Part shown: in pieces, positions 1 through 8,046 of the stretch
Position numbering within the stretch: the first letter of the stretch is position 1
Layout of the letters: each line of letters opens with the position of its first letter
Origin: a virus
Lineage: Duplodnaviria > Caudoviricetes
DNA: 64,000 bases
Strand: one strand, 5' to 3'
Virus record (IMG/VR): IMGVR_UViG_3300031951_000074
Span: 1-64,000 of that record
Program-made: the position numbers and the translations under genes
Notes under the pieces: model-generated
Databases searched by the model: none
Told to the model about the DNA's origin: nothing
What the model saw: only the letters and a program-made list of their open reading frames with translations

Positions 1-18
1 GTGTGATTTTTTGCTAGT

Positions 19-138
19 TTTTCCACTGGCGCAGGCGGCTTTTGGGGAATAAATTTTTCAAGGTTTTCCACTGGCGCAGGTGGCCAACAACTTCAAAAAT
101 TTCAAGGTTTTCCACTGGCGCAGGTGGGTCACCTGCGC
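19..138. repeat. Three direct repeats of TTTTCCACTGGCGCAGG (copies 2 and 3 extend to a 28-bp identity), ending in hairpin GCGCAGGTG-N3-CACCTGCGC
   Basis: Copies at 19-35, 56-83 and 100-127; inverted repeat at 118-138. Confidence 0.9.
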
Positions 139-151
139 TAATTAAGTGGTT

Positions 152-210
152 GCTTATATTCGTGAACGCTTATATAAGCCGACTCTTATATAAGCGGCGG
201 CTTATATACA
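152..210. repeat. Cluster of (G)CTTATAT(AAG) repeats including palindrome GCTTATATAAGC
   Basis: Four CTTATAT copies between about 152 and 210. Confidence 0.75.
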
Positions 211-297
211 CCCAAACCCTCCATTGTATCATGTGCCCGGGGGTGGGGTCAAGTGGTTTTTCTACCACACACGACTCGTGGGGTCTTTCGAAAAACC

Positions 298-410
298 TTG
301 ACAACCTCACCAAAATTATGATATAATTTTGGCGCCATAATACCCCTATAACCTGGTCAACAATAGGGGTATTAGGTCAAATAATAAGGGGCTATAAGCC
401 CCTTTTATTA
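298..410 (+). promoter_or_regulatory. Repeat element 1: sigma70-like promoter, GGCGCC, hairpins
   Basis: TTGACA 298-303, 18-nt spacer, TATAAT 322-327, GGCGCC 331-336, then two inverted repeats. Confidence 0.8.
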
Positions 411-572
411 TTCCCTGATATGTTCTAGTATATCCGTGGCCAATTCTTCCATTTCCTTTGTAATATCCACATCAGACATCGGCTGTAGAGCCAGTTTAAT
501 AATAAGTGCCAACCGTATCATTTCCTCATGACTGAGTACAATAATATATTCAGTTTTGGTTTCAATTTGCAT
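408..572 (-). CDS. Hypothetical protein, 54 aa (not in ORF track)
   Basis: MQIETKTEYII...HIRE*, AGGAG RBS; stop abuts the element-1 hairpin. Confidence 0.7.
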   Translation of the reverse strand: MQIETKTEYIIVLSHEEMIRLALIIKLALQPMSDVDITKEMEELATDILEHIRE

Positions 573-601
573 TTTTGATTCTCCTTTTGAAAATGCGGAT
601 T

Positions 602-988
602 TTAGTCCAGATCAGTAACTGGTGAATATAATTCTCCCGTACTGAATCCTAGATCATTTAGTATCTTTTCTAGGTGTGTTGCAATTAATTGGAATCGGTC
701 ATCGTGATGATAGTTTTCATTAAAGCTGTTATCCTCGATCATTTTGGCATGGATTAATTCGTGTGCAATTACCCCATACACATCAAAATTGGATTCCAAT
801 GTCTGGCCTAAATTAATGACAATTTTGTGTTTTTGGAGACGGTTATTGCGAAACACAGTATCGCACCAACCTGCCAAACCACGATGAGTCTTATTATAAA
901 CTCGGGTTTTCAATACTACGTCAACGGGTTTGTGTATTTCCAATACAGAAACCACGGCTTGAATCAACAACAATACATCAGGTTTCAT
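602..988 (-). CDS. SprT-like zinc metalloprotease-domain protein
   Basis: AHELIH (HExxH) followed by HHDDRF; AGWC motif upstream. Confidence 0.65.
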   Translation of the reverse strand: MKPDVLLLIQAVVSVLEIHKPVDVVLKTRVYNKTHRGLAGWCDTVFRNNRLQKHKIVINLGQTLESNFDVYGVIAHELIHAKMIEDNSFNENYHHDDRFQLIATHLEKILNDLGFSTGELYSPVTDLD

Positions 989-1025
989 GGTGTTTTATAT
1001 GGGGGTTATTAGCCCCCATATATAT

Positions 1026-1724
1026 TTACTTTGCGACGAAGTGTTCTTTTACTTGGTGTTTTTTCCAATCATATGGAATTACCTTTTCTCGCCAATCACG
1101 CTTTTTCAAGATATTGACCAGAACGGGAACTTCAAAATCCCGCGCATCTTCCAGTGCAGTATGTGGCTCAACCTTAAACTCGCCACACACAAAACCACAA
1201 ACTGCTTCCGCCGTGGTTTTGTAGGTCATGTTTTGGTTGACGGTAGGGGAATTGAATAGATGGTTATCGATGCAAAACTGCCGATAGCGCTTAGTATGGG
1301 TAATATTACCGATACTAGCTTGCCAAAGACAGAATTTGTCATTGAAGATATTCAAATCAATTCCGGTTTTGTCGCATTTGTCGCGATCAAAAGCCAGATT
1401 GTATGCGGTAAGGGTAGGGTTATACTTACCCACAGCCTGATTCAGCCATTTATTAATGGCAGCTGTCGAAGCCAGCATACGAACACCAGAATTCAGCATG
1501 GATACATATGCTGCTTTACGCTTTTCCAGTCCCTCATAACCCCAAATATCATTTGCACGTTTATCGTGGAACAATTCATATGTGCAGTAATGGTCTTTTA
1601 CCAATACTGCACATTGGTTGTAAATCTTGCCATCACGGTCAACAATAACCGCAGCAAAATCAGCTACAGTATCTTGCATTGTGGTTTCAGTATCGACCAC
1701 GCACCAGAATTGCTTTTTAGCCAT
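1026..1724 (-). CDS. DEDDh 3'-5' exonuclease
   Basis: ExoI VVDTETT, ExoII AYNLAFD, ExoIII HTALEDA; ATG at 1724 preferred. Confidence 0.8.
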   Translation of the reverse strand: MAKKQFWCVVDTETTMQDTVADFAAVIVDRDGKIYNQCAVLVKDHYCTYELFHDKRANDIWGYEGLEKRKAAYVSMLNSGVRMLASTAAINKWLNQAVGKYNPTLTAYNLAFDRDKCDKTGIDLNIFNDKFCLWQASIGNITHTKRYRQFCIDNHLFNSPTVNQNMTYKTTAEAVCGFVCGEFKVEPHTALEDARDFEVPVLVNILKKRDWREKVIPYDWKKHQVKEHFVAK

Positions 1725-1787
1725 ATTAACCTTCACACATGAAACCGGAAAGGGCCGGAGTCTCGCCCATGCCAACTGGCACCCGGC

Positions 1788-1817
1788 GAGTGTAACGCTT
1801 TTTGTGACTCACTGCAA
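1788..1817 (-). promoter_or_regulatory. Pre-early-type promoter
   Basis: TTGCAG-N18-TACACT on the minus strand upstream of the exonuclease. Confidence 0.55.
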
Positions 1818-1852
1818 GCCCCTACAGTGTGGTCAACTATTGACCAGGCGGC

Positions 1853-1914
1853 TTGACGGGGGCCAATTATATAATATATAATTGGCGCCAATATAAGGGT
1901 TTACCCTTATATTG
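1853..1914 (+). promoter_or_regulatory. Repeat element 2
   Basis: TTGACG-N18-TATAAT(1877-82), GGCGCC 1884-89, palindrome CAATATAAGGGT-TT-ACCCTTATATTG. Confidence 0.8.
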
Positions 1915-1916
1915 AT

Positions 1917-2165
1917 TTATTTCCTTTCCCAGATTTTATATCTTATCATTATGACGACGAAAAACAGATTTAGTATGTAGTTGAATAACAGTGGCATATC
2001 TCCTTTTGGAAATATATAAACAATGGTGAATAACTCCCCAAAGAACCAACAACCCAAGAAAAAGGGGTTTAATCCTCGGGCGTGGCCGTCTTTTGCACAT
2101 TGCAAAACCTGGGGAATTGCACATATTGCAAATAATATGCTACCAATCCAACCTATAGTTTCCAT
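1917..2165 (-). CDS. PQ-loop / SemiSWEET-like 3-TM membrane protein
   Basis: IGWIGSILFAICAIPQV (PQ motif), three hydrophobic segments, 82 aa. Confidence 0.75.
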   Translation of the reverse strand: METIGWIGSILFAICAIPQVLQCAKDGHARGLNPFFLGCWFFGELFTIVYIFPKGDMPLLFNYILNLFFVVIMIRYKIWERK

Positions 2166-2166
2166 T

Positions 2167-2631
2167 TTAGTGACCCTGAACCGAGGGAATATAAACACCG
2201 CGGATATTGAAATGGTCGCAAACTGCTTTTAGGTAACTCACATTGTCTTCGTAAAATACACAGTCCGCAGTCTTGAATTGCTTCAAATTGAAAAACTTTT
2301 GCAAACCCTTGATTTTAAGAGTTTTGCCAGACTGGTTATCACCGTCACGACGCGAGATAAGGTAATCGGGGCTGCCGAGAATCTCACGGATAAACACATT
2401 ATCCAATTCGCGCACAATACGCGCAGTGGCGATAATTACATAAGTATTTGGATCTTGCAAGTCATTGCGATATTGAGACACAAGAGGAAGCAAACCATCT
2501 TGCATACACCGATTTTCATTATCGCGCCAGTATTGCAAATCGATTTTGACAATACCATTTTCTGTTATTGTGCGGTAACGGTGACTGCTATCAACGATCG
2601 TGCCATCCATGTCATATATCGCAACCTTCAT
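2167..2631 (-). CDS. dmp: Deoxynucleoside-5'-monophosphatase (T5 Dmp-like, HAD family)
   Basis: DMDGTIVDSSHR, MQDGLLPLV, IIATAR and EDN motifs resemble T5 Dmp. Confidence 0.8.
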   Translation of the reverse strand: MKVAIYDMDGTIVDSSHRYRTITENGIVKIDLQYWRDNENRCMQDGLLPLVSQYRNDLQDPNTYVIIATARIVRELDNVFIREILGSPDYLISRRDGDNQSGKTLKIKGLQKFFNLKQFKTADCVFYEDNVSYLKAVCDHFNIRGVYIPSVQGH

Positions 2632-2658
2632 TTTGAACCCCTTGTTTTGTAGAGCCCG

Positions 2659-2687
2659 AGTGTAGCACGTTCGGCCAGGCGACACAA
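2659..2687 (-). promoter_or_regulatory. Pre-early-type promoter
   Basis: TTGTGT-N17-TACACT with extended -10 TG. Confidence 0.6.
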
Positions 2688-2734
2688 GCCCCCAACAATG
2701 ACCCTACGTCGTGGTCAACCATTGACCAGGCCGC

Positions 2735-2832
2735 TTGACACGGTTGCCAATATTATGTTATAATATTGGCGCCCCTATTAGGGTTAACCCTAATAGGGGC
2801 TTTTAAATAATAAGGGGTATAACCCCTTATTA
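2735..2832 (+). promoter_or_regulatory. Repeat element 3
   Basis: TTGACA-N18-TATAAT(2759-64), GGCGCC 2768-73, 30-bp perfect palindrome 2771-2800 plus a second hairpin. Confidence 0.85.
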
Positions 2833-2834
2833 TG

Positions 2835-3167
2835 TCACGCAATGGCTTTTGCAATATCTCGAGCCTTTGCACCCAGTCGGTTAATAATGGTTTCTGACCA
2901 GTGGCCGCCAATATTGCACGGCAATACTTGCATACTCGCCCAACGGTCCAACACAAGATACTCGGCAACATCGTAGCGATACAGGGATTCTTCTACGCTG
3001 GCAAGACTCACAGCAAATTTGCCAGTATCGATGCCGGTTTGCTTGATACCAACACAAACCCCCAGCAAGGGAAAATGAAAGATAACCACGTCGGGATAAT
3101 CCGCCCGCATATCTTGCAGAATATCCAATTCCGTATCGTTCAAGACGGTCTGGTTCACGTTACGCAT
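2835..3167 (-). CDS. Hypothetical protein
   Basis: 110-aa ORF with AAAGG RBS; stop abuts element 3. Confidence 0.7.
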   Translation of the reverse strand: MRNVNQTVLNDTELDILQDMRADYPDVVIFHFPLLGVCVGIKQTGIDTGKFAVSLASVEESLYRYDVAEYLVLDRWASMQVLPCNIGGHWSETIINRLGAKARDIAKAIA

Positions 3168-3255
3168 GATAAGCCCTTTCTATGGCTTGGTTGGGAAAAT
3201 GGTTTGCTTAGGGCATATTATACCCTAAGCAAACCCCTTTCGGGGTTTGCTTCAA

Positions 3256-3588
3256 TCATTCGATTGGACGGGAATTGGCCAGTGCATCAAAGATCGCCTT
3301 CAATGCACGTTTGTTAGCCTTGGTGAGGCTATCAACGTCAGGCTCAGACAGCATAAGGATCTTGCCGATAGCCTCGGCGTGTGCATCCTTCTTCACGGGA
3401 GACTCACCAGTCTTGGTAACATAGGTCTTCTTCTGGTAAACACCCTCACGACTCAGTTTCGCAACAATCGAGCGAACCGATTTACCGAGACTCTCGGCAA
3501 GGGCTTCGACCGTAGTGCCGGCCTTGTACGCTTCGACCAGAGCAGCAGTCTGCTCAGGAGTATAATTCACAACCTTTTCAGTGGCCAT
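3256..3588 (-). CDS. A2: T5 A2-like DNA-binding pre-early protein (copy 1)
   Basis: N-terminal HTH-like segment (YTPEQ...LAESLGKSVRSIVAKLSREGVYQK) resembling T5 A2 SVRSKL...YQK. Confidence 0.7.
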   Translation of the reverse strand: MATEKVVNYTPEQTAALVEAYKAGTTVEALAESLGKSVRSIVAKLSREGVYQKKTYVTKTGESPVKKDAHAEAIGKILMLSEPDVDSLTKANKRALKAIFDALANSRPIE

Positions 3589-3661
3589 TTTCAGTTTCTC
3601 CGAGTTAACACGCATGGGGAAATTTTGGCAATGCCGGGCAATCCCCTCAACCTATGCTGAT

Positions 3662-3763
3662 ATTATACAGGGTCAACATTCCCCCGTCAAGTATTGTGTT
3701 TTCTTTCCTTTCTGTTCGTCGTCGTCAGGGACACAGTATAACGGTTTTTCAGCCTGGACACAA
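3662..3763 (-). promoter_or_regulatory. Tandem promoters upstream of A2 copy 1
   Basis: TTGACG-N17-TATAAT (3690-3662) and TTGTGT-N17-TATACT (3763-3735). Confidence 0.7.
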
Positions 3764-3791
3764 TACCCTAGTGCATCGTGGGGTCTTTGCG

Positions 3792-3840
3792 CCAGGCGGT
3801 GATCGGCGGTTAACCAGGCGGTGATCGGCAGTTAACCAGG
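3792..3840. repeat. Tandem 22-bp repeat CCAGGCGGTGATCGGCRGTTAA (2 copies plus CCAGG)
   Basis: Seen directly. Confidence 0.85.
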
Positions 3841-3852
3841 GGTAAGTCCCTA

Positions 3853-3986
3853 TTGACAGGTGTATTAGAACATGATATAATTTTGGCGCACCCCATAGGT
3901 AACACCTATGGGGTGCGGCGGCTCAATAGGTAACACCTATTGAGCCACAAACAAAAAAGCCGACAAAAACAGTCGGCTTTTTTGTG
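3853..3986 (+). promoter_or_regulatory. Repeat element 4 followed by three hairpins and no ORF
   Basis: TTGACA-N17-TATAAT(3876-81), GGCGCA; two hairpins share the core ATAGGTAACACCTAT. Confidence 0.8.
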
Positions 3987-3992
3987 TGGCCC

Positions 3993-4059
3993 TTGACAGG
4001 GCCCAAAATTATATGTTATAATTTTGGCGCAAATTAGCCGCCTGGCCAGGCGGCTAATT
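3993..4059 (+). promoter_or_regulatory. Repeat element 5
   Basis: TTGACA-N18-TATAAT(4017-22), GGCGCA, perfect palindrome AATTAGCCGCCTGGCCAGGCGGCTAATT. Confidence 0.85.
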
Positions 4060-4068
4060 ATACTGCGA

Positions 4069-4233
4069 TTATTCGTCGGTGTTGACGACGATGGTGGAAA
4101 CGTGGGGGTCAGAAGCGGGAACAGCTTCCTCCAGCATCTTGACCCTATACGACACCCAGTTGATGCTGGTGTAGTATTCCTGATGATGCTTGAAGTGCTC
4201 TTGGTCCCACCATTCGATCATGTAAACCTTCAT
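4069..4233 (-). CDS. Hypothetical protein, 54 aa (not in ORF track)
   Basis: MKVYMIEWWDQEHF...NTDE*, AAGGAA RBS, TATACT -10 at 4263-68. Confidence 0.75.
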   Translation of the reverse strand: MKVYMIEWWDQEHFKHHQEYYTSINWVSYRVKMLEEAVPASDPHVSTIVVNTDE

Positions 4234-4328
4234 TTGGGTTCCTTTCCTGTTGCAGAGAACACAGTATAACGCTTTTTAAGCCACACAGCACATACCCGAG
4301 CGCATCGTGGGGTCTTTTAGCCAGGCCC

Positions 4329-4399
4329 TTGACAGGGCCCAAAATTATATGTTATAATTTTGGCGCCATAATAACCCTATATATTATAGGGTTATTATG
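4329..4399 (+). promoter_or_regulatory. Repeat element 6
   Basis: TTGACA-N18-TATAAT(4353-58), GGCGCC 4362-67, hairpin 4367-4399; promoter identical to element 5. Confidence 0.85.
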
Positions 4400-4405
4400 T
4401 GGTCG

Positions 4406-4567
4406 TTAGAAAAACCCCATGTTGATGATTTTGTAGTCCAGTTTGGGGCACTTTTTGCCTAAATTCTTTTTCAATTCTACACAATCCCTTTCTAAATCCG
4501 ACAGGTTTTGATAGTGACACACCAAAACATTATCGAAAAACAAACCCCAGACTTTTACAACACCCAT
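4406..4567 (-). CDS. Hypothetical protein, 53 aa (not in ORF track)
   Basis: MGVVKVWGLFF...MGFF*; overlaps the end of the upstream ORF; stop lies next to element 6. Confidence 0.55.
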   Translation of the reverse strand: MGVVKVWGLFFDNVLVCHYQNLSDLERDCVELKKNLGKKCPKLDYKIINMGFF

Positions 4568-4767
4568 TTTGAAATCCCCACCAGGTTAGCGCACAAGAAA
4601 AACCCATTCAATACACTGAGGGATTTATCCCTTTTCGTGATCCCGATATATAGCCACGATATCGAACCAATAATAAACAAACTGTATCCCAAAATATATA
4701 TCTGAAACGCAACCAGAAAACTGCCGATAACCGAGCTTATAGTGCCTAGCCACGATATATACCCCAT
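4555..4767 (-). CDS. Small 3-TM membrane protein
   Basis: 70 aa, mostly hydrophobic. Confidence 0.7.
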   Translation of the reverse strand: MGYISWLGTISSVIGSFLVAFQIYILGYSLFIIGSISWLYIGITKRDKSLSVLNGFFLCANLVGISKWVL

Positions 4768-4768
4768 T

Positions 4769-5134
4769 TTAGACCCGTTTGTAGTTTACCATGTTATGGC
4801 ATCGTTCTGGAGGCAGACCTAATTCTTTCATAATCTTTTTCCAGCTTTTGCCATGCCCAAAATCATTATACACCAGAAAAGCCACACAGTGTGCCAATTC
4901 ATGGGGAATAATAACCCTACAAAATTCGTCGGGATATTGTTCGAACAATTCAACCGACAAATCTATACACTGCGGATTGCGCTCAATAAAAGCACGTCCT
5001 GCGGTAGTTTTCAGCCGTTTATTCAAAACTACCGCAGGAGCAGTTTTGGTTAAGCTGGGGTACAGAAAGCACAGTATATCCCAAGTGTCTTGGGCACTGC
5101 GGTCTGCCATTTCTTGCATTGTGGGGGCTTTCAT
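4769..5134 (-). CDS. SprT-like metalloprotease-domain protein
   Basis: NKRLKTTAGRA, IIPHELAH and GHGKSWK are SprT hallmarks. Confidence 0.85.
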   Translation of the reverse strand: MKAPTMQEMADRSAQDTWDILCFLYPSLTKTAPAVVLNKRLKTTAGRAFIERNPQCIDLSVELFEQYPDEFCRVIIPHELAHCVAFLVYNDFGHGKSWKKIMKELGLPPERCHNMVNYKRV

Positions 5135-5141
5135 GGGCTGG

Positions 5142-5170
5142 ATTCTACTACAAAAATTTGGCTATCACAA
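5142..5170 (-). promoter_or_regulatory. Pre-early-type promoter
   Basis: TTGTGA-N17-TAGAAT. Confidence 0.55.
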
Positions 5171-5205
5171 GACCCCTCGACCAGGTCAACTATTCCACAT
5201 GGGGC

Positions 5206-5271
5206 TTGACACGGTTGCCAATATTATATTATAATATTGGCGCCAGTATTAGGGTTTACCCTAATACTGGC
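5206..5271 (+). promoter_or_regulatory. Repeat element 7
   Basis: TTGACA-N18-TATAAT(5230-35), GGCGCC 5239-44, palindrome GCCAGTATTAGGGT-TT-ACCCTAATACTGGC. Confidence 0.85.
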
Positions 5272-5275
5272 CTTA

Positions 5276-5467
5276 TTAAATAGGTACGACTTTGTAGACA
5301 GTATGTTGGACGACCCTTACAGGAATACCGTCGAATACTTGAAGATGTTCCATATTCAGGGGTTTGTCGCCAGACAACAATTCCAATTCTTCCACAAATT
5401 CTTCCACCGTTGAACCTGCGCCAATATACTCGGCCCTATCGCTGGCAATATAGATTCCAAACAGCAT
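5276..5467 (-). CDS. Hypothetical protein
   Basis: MLFGIYIAS..., AAAGGAA RBS. Confidence 0.7.
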   Translation of the reverse strand: MLFGIYIASDRAEYIGAGSTVEEFVEELELLSGDKPLNMEHLQVFDGIPVRVVQHTVYKVVPI

Positions 5468-5510
5468 GATGTTTCCTTTCTTGAAAAAGGGGGATATTAT
5501 CCCCCGGATA

Positions 5511-5831
5511 TCACACGATGAGCGAGAGCTTTTGCAGTACCTTTTGCAATGCGGTTTTGTTCGCCTTGGTGAGACTGCTAATCTCGGGTTCACTCAATTC
5601 ACAAAGAGCCCCGATTTTGTCTGCAAGCTCTTCTTTCGAAACAACTGTTTCACCAGTTTTGGTGACATACTCCTTTTTCCTGTAAACACCTTCCCGGCTG
5701 AGTTTAGCTACCACGCTGCGGACACTCTTGCCCAGCGTGGCCGCAATACTTTCTACGGGAACACCCTTGCTATACCCGTCCAGCATTTGTTGGACCTGCT
5801 CGGGAGTATAGTTTGCGGTTTTCTCAGTCAT
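5511..5831 (-). CDS. A2: T5 A2-like DNA-binding pre-early protein (copy 2)
   Basis: Clear paralogue of 3256-3588 (LGKSVRSVVAKLSREGVY, YVTKTGE, SLTKANK). Confidence 0.7.
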   Translation of the reverse strand: MTEKTANYTPEQVQQMLDGYSKGVPVESIAATLGKSVRSVVAKLSREGVYRKKEYVTKTGETVVSKEELADKIGALCELSEPEISSLTKANKTALQKVLQKLSLIV

Positions 5832-5943
5832 CTTCTTTCCTTTCAATCAAAGACCATCGCCGACAACAATAGCAATTCCCATTGCAAGAATCGCCACCCA
5901 GAATGGGCTAGTAGCCCAGATAATCAGAAAAAGATCAGACATT

Positions 5944-6144
5944 TTAACCCCTCTTTGAATAAACAATCAGACCCGTGAGATACTCGCGCTTACCCGCCAT
6001 GTAGCTGCGACGCACCACATAGGACTTCAAGCCCTTACTGTTGGCGGCTTCGATAGCCCCCGTCAGCAAGCTGTGCGACTCCAGCACAGCGGGCTTGTGA
6101 GCGACTTCACTAACATACACAGTGTAAACAGGCTCGTAACCCAT
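5944..6144 (-). CDS. Hypothetical protein
   Basis: MGYEPVY..., GGAG RBS; promoter TTGTGT-N17-TATACT at 6210-6182. Confidence 0.7.
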   Translation of the reverse strand: MGYEPVYTVYVSEVAHKPAVLESHSLLTGAIEAANSKGLKSYVVRRSYMAGKREYLTGLIVYSKRG

Positions 6145-6261
6145 CGAAGGTCTCCGGTTGTTCGTCGTTTCCATGGGACACAGTATAACGCTTTTTCGGC
6201 CTGGACACAATACCCTAGTGTGTTGTGGGGTCTTTGAGCCAGGCCTAGGGGTAAGTCCCTA

Positions 6262-6409
6262 TTGACAGCAAGAATTTGGTGTGGTATAATTTTGGCGCCA
6301 CAAAAACCCTACAGATTGTAGGGTTTTTGTGGCCAGGCCGTTGACACGGCCCAAAATTATGTGCTATAATTTTGGCGCCCCAAAGCCCCTGCACATTGCA
6401 GGGGCTTTG
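6262..6409 (+). promoter_or_regulatory. Repeat elements 8 and 9 in tandem
   Basis: TTGACA 6262/TATAAT 6285/GGCGCC 6294/hairpin 6297-6333; TTGACA 6341/TATAAT 6365/GGCGCC 6374/hairpin 6381-6409. Confidence 0.85.
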
Positions 6410-6411
6410 TG

Positions 6412-6579
6412 TTACTTTGACCGGCTGGCCCGAGCCGCCTTGACCTGGCGGTTACGCTCCGCCTTTTCGCGACGGTTACGCTCCAGCCGAGCCTTGCGCT
6501 CTCGTTCATCGGCACGCTTGTGAGCAACAGGAGCCAGACCCAGACCAGCACGCAGTTCGTTGATTTGATTCAGGTTCAT
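6412..6579 (-). CDS. Small Arg-rich basic protein
   Basis: MNLNQINELRAGLGLAP..., AGGAG RBS. Confidence 0.7.
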   Translation of the reverse strand: MNLNQINELRAGLGLAPVAHKRADERERKARLERNRREKAERNRQVKAARASRSK

Positions 6580-6616
6580 TTCAGTCACTCCTAGAAAAGC
6601 CCTTTCGGGCAGGTAA

Positions 6617-6817
6617 TCACTTGATCCTGGCCACAGCCATTTCAGTGTGGCCGACCACGGCATCGACGACCTTTTCGGAATCGTCCATAGCATCCGCCAG
6701 CATTCCGGACAGGTATCCGACAATAAAGGTTTCGGTAGCATCGCCAGACCAACCCTCAGAAGTCTTAGCATCACGAAGGGCTTGAATCAGGGCACGGGCT
6801 TTGTCGATGTTGGTCAT
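6617..6817 (-). CDS. Hypothetical protein (paralogue of 7003-7194)
   Basis: ETFIVGYLSGMLA...VGHT; GAGGA RBS. Confidence 0.75.
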   Translation of the reverse strand: MTNIDKARALIQALRDAKTSEGWSGDATETFIVGYLSGMLADAMDDSEKVVDAVVGHTEMAVARIK

Positions 6818-6921
6818 TTCGGGTTCCTCTTGTGTTGCAGTAGACACAGTATAGCACAACACCAAGCCCGTGCAACACCTAAATTTTAGCCCTTTGACCA
6901 GGTCAACCATTGTGGAAGCGC

Positions 6922-6989
6922 TTGACCCGGCCCAAAATTATGTGCTATAATTTTGGCGCCATAAAGCCCCCACAATCTGTGGGGGCTTT
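6922..6989 (+). promoter_or_regulatory. Repeat element 10
   Basis: TTGACC-N18-TATAAT(6946-51), GGCGCC 6955-60, hairpin 6963-6989. Confidence 0.85.
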
Positions 6990-7002
6990 GATTGATTGGT
7001 GA

Positions 7003-7194
7003 TTACTTTGACTTCAAGTCATTCGTGTGCCATTCCACGCTACGCGCCACGTCCTCGTTTTCGCGCACAGCACTGGCCAGCATACCCGTCAGGTAACCGA
7101 CAACAAAGGACTCGGAATAGCCCTTCTTGGCAGCGTGCTCGCGGGCGGCCTGGAGCAGGGCCTGGACTTGGTTGTAGGCTTCGGTAGCAGTCAT
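7003..7194 (-). CDS. Hypothetical protein (paralogue of 6617-6817)
   Basis: ESFVVGYLTGMLA...EWHT; AAGGAA RBS. Confidence 0.75.
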   Translation of the reverse strand: MTATEAYNQVQALLQAAREHAAKKGYSESFVVGYLTGMLASAVRENEDVARSVEWHTNDLKSK

Positions 7195-7299
7195 CTCGTG
7201 TTCCTTTCCTGTTGCAGTGAACGCAGTATAGCACAACACCATGCTCATGCAACATCTAAAATTTAACCCCTCAGTGTGGTCAACTATCCAGGCACCCGC

Positions 7300-7360
7300 T
7301 TGACAGGACCCAATTATATAATATATAATTGGCGCCCGAATAGGGGTTTACCCCTATTCG
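7300..7360 (+). promoter_or_regulatory. Repeat element 11
   Basis: TTGACA-N18-TATAAT(7324-29), GGCGCC 7331-36, palindrome CGAATAGGGGT-TT-ACCCCTATTCG. Confidence 0.85.
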
Positions 7361-7492
7361 TTATTCTTCATATACTATGAAGTATGGAGTTTCCCCATAA
7401 TCTCCAGAGTATTCAATGGGATGGTCTGGATTGAACAGAGTCATATCAATACCAGTATCCCAGAAAACATCAAAAACCCAGTCTTGATACAT
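7361..7492 (-). CDS. Small acidic hypothetical protein
   Basis: MYQDWVFDV..., AAGGAA RBS. Confidence 0.6.
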   Translation of the reverse strand: MYQDWVFDVFWDTGIDMTLFNPDHPIEYSGDYGETPYFIVYEE

Positions 7493-7502
7493 ATACTTCC
7501 TT

Positions 7503-7727
7503 TCAATAGTCCAACCAATCGCCCATACTCTCGATTTTGGCGGCTGCTTCTTCCACACTAATAACGTGTGGAATGTGCGATACCCAAGTCGGGCTATCGG
7601 GGCCAATATACATAACACAGCACCAGCGGCCCGTAGCACCACGGGCCAGACAATGGATGCCCTGTATGGGCCGGGGATACTTCGTACCCGTGATATCACA
7701 CTCGGTGATAGTGCCAAAAACCATCAT
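7503..7727 (-). CDS. Hypothetical protein
   Basis: 74 aa, AGGAG RBS. Confidence 0.65.
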   Translation of the reverse strand: MMVFGTITECDITGTKYPRPIQGIHCLARGATGRWCCVMYIGPDSPTWVSHIPHVISVEEAAAKIESMGDWLDY

Positions 7728-7747
7728 GGTATATACTCCTGATTTGA

Positions 7748-7942
7748 TTACGCCATTACCCGAGCGATATACGCCTGGGCCTGTTCCACAGTCTTAAAAG
7801 ACTTGACCTGCTTGGTGACCCAGTAGGCATCCTGCCGGATGGTGTCAAACTTGAACACCTGCACTTGGACAGTGCGAGTAGCCCACGGTACAACAAACGC
7901 CCTGACAGTGCCAAGGGCCGGGGGAGTGTAGGTGTTGGTCAT
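7748..7942 (-). CDS. Hypothetical protein
   Basis: MTNTYTPP..., GAGGA RBS, TATACT -10 at 7973-78. Confidence 0.7.
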   Translation of the reverse strand: MTNTYTPPALGTVRAFVVPWATRTVQVQVFKFDTIRQDAYWVTKQVKSFKTVEQAQAYIARVMA

Positions 7943-8046
7943 CTCGTGTTCCTCTTGTCTTGCTGTGAACACAGTATAGCACAACACCACACCAGCACAA
8001 CATCAAAATTTTAACCCCTCGACCAGGTCAACTATTGTGCGGGGGC

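Noticed and set aside
19-127. Three repeats as a mini-CRISPR array
   Set aside because: The unique spacers are only about 16-20 nt, the repeats have unequal length, and no cas gene or leader is present
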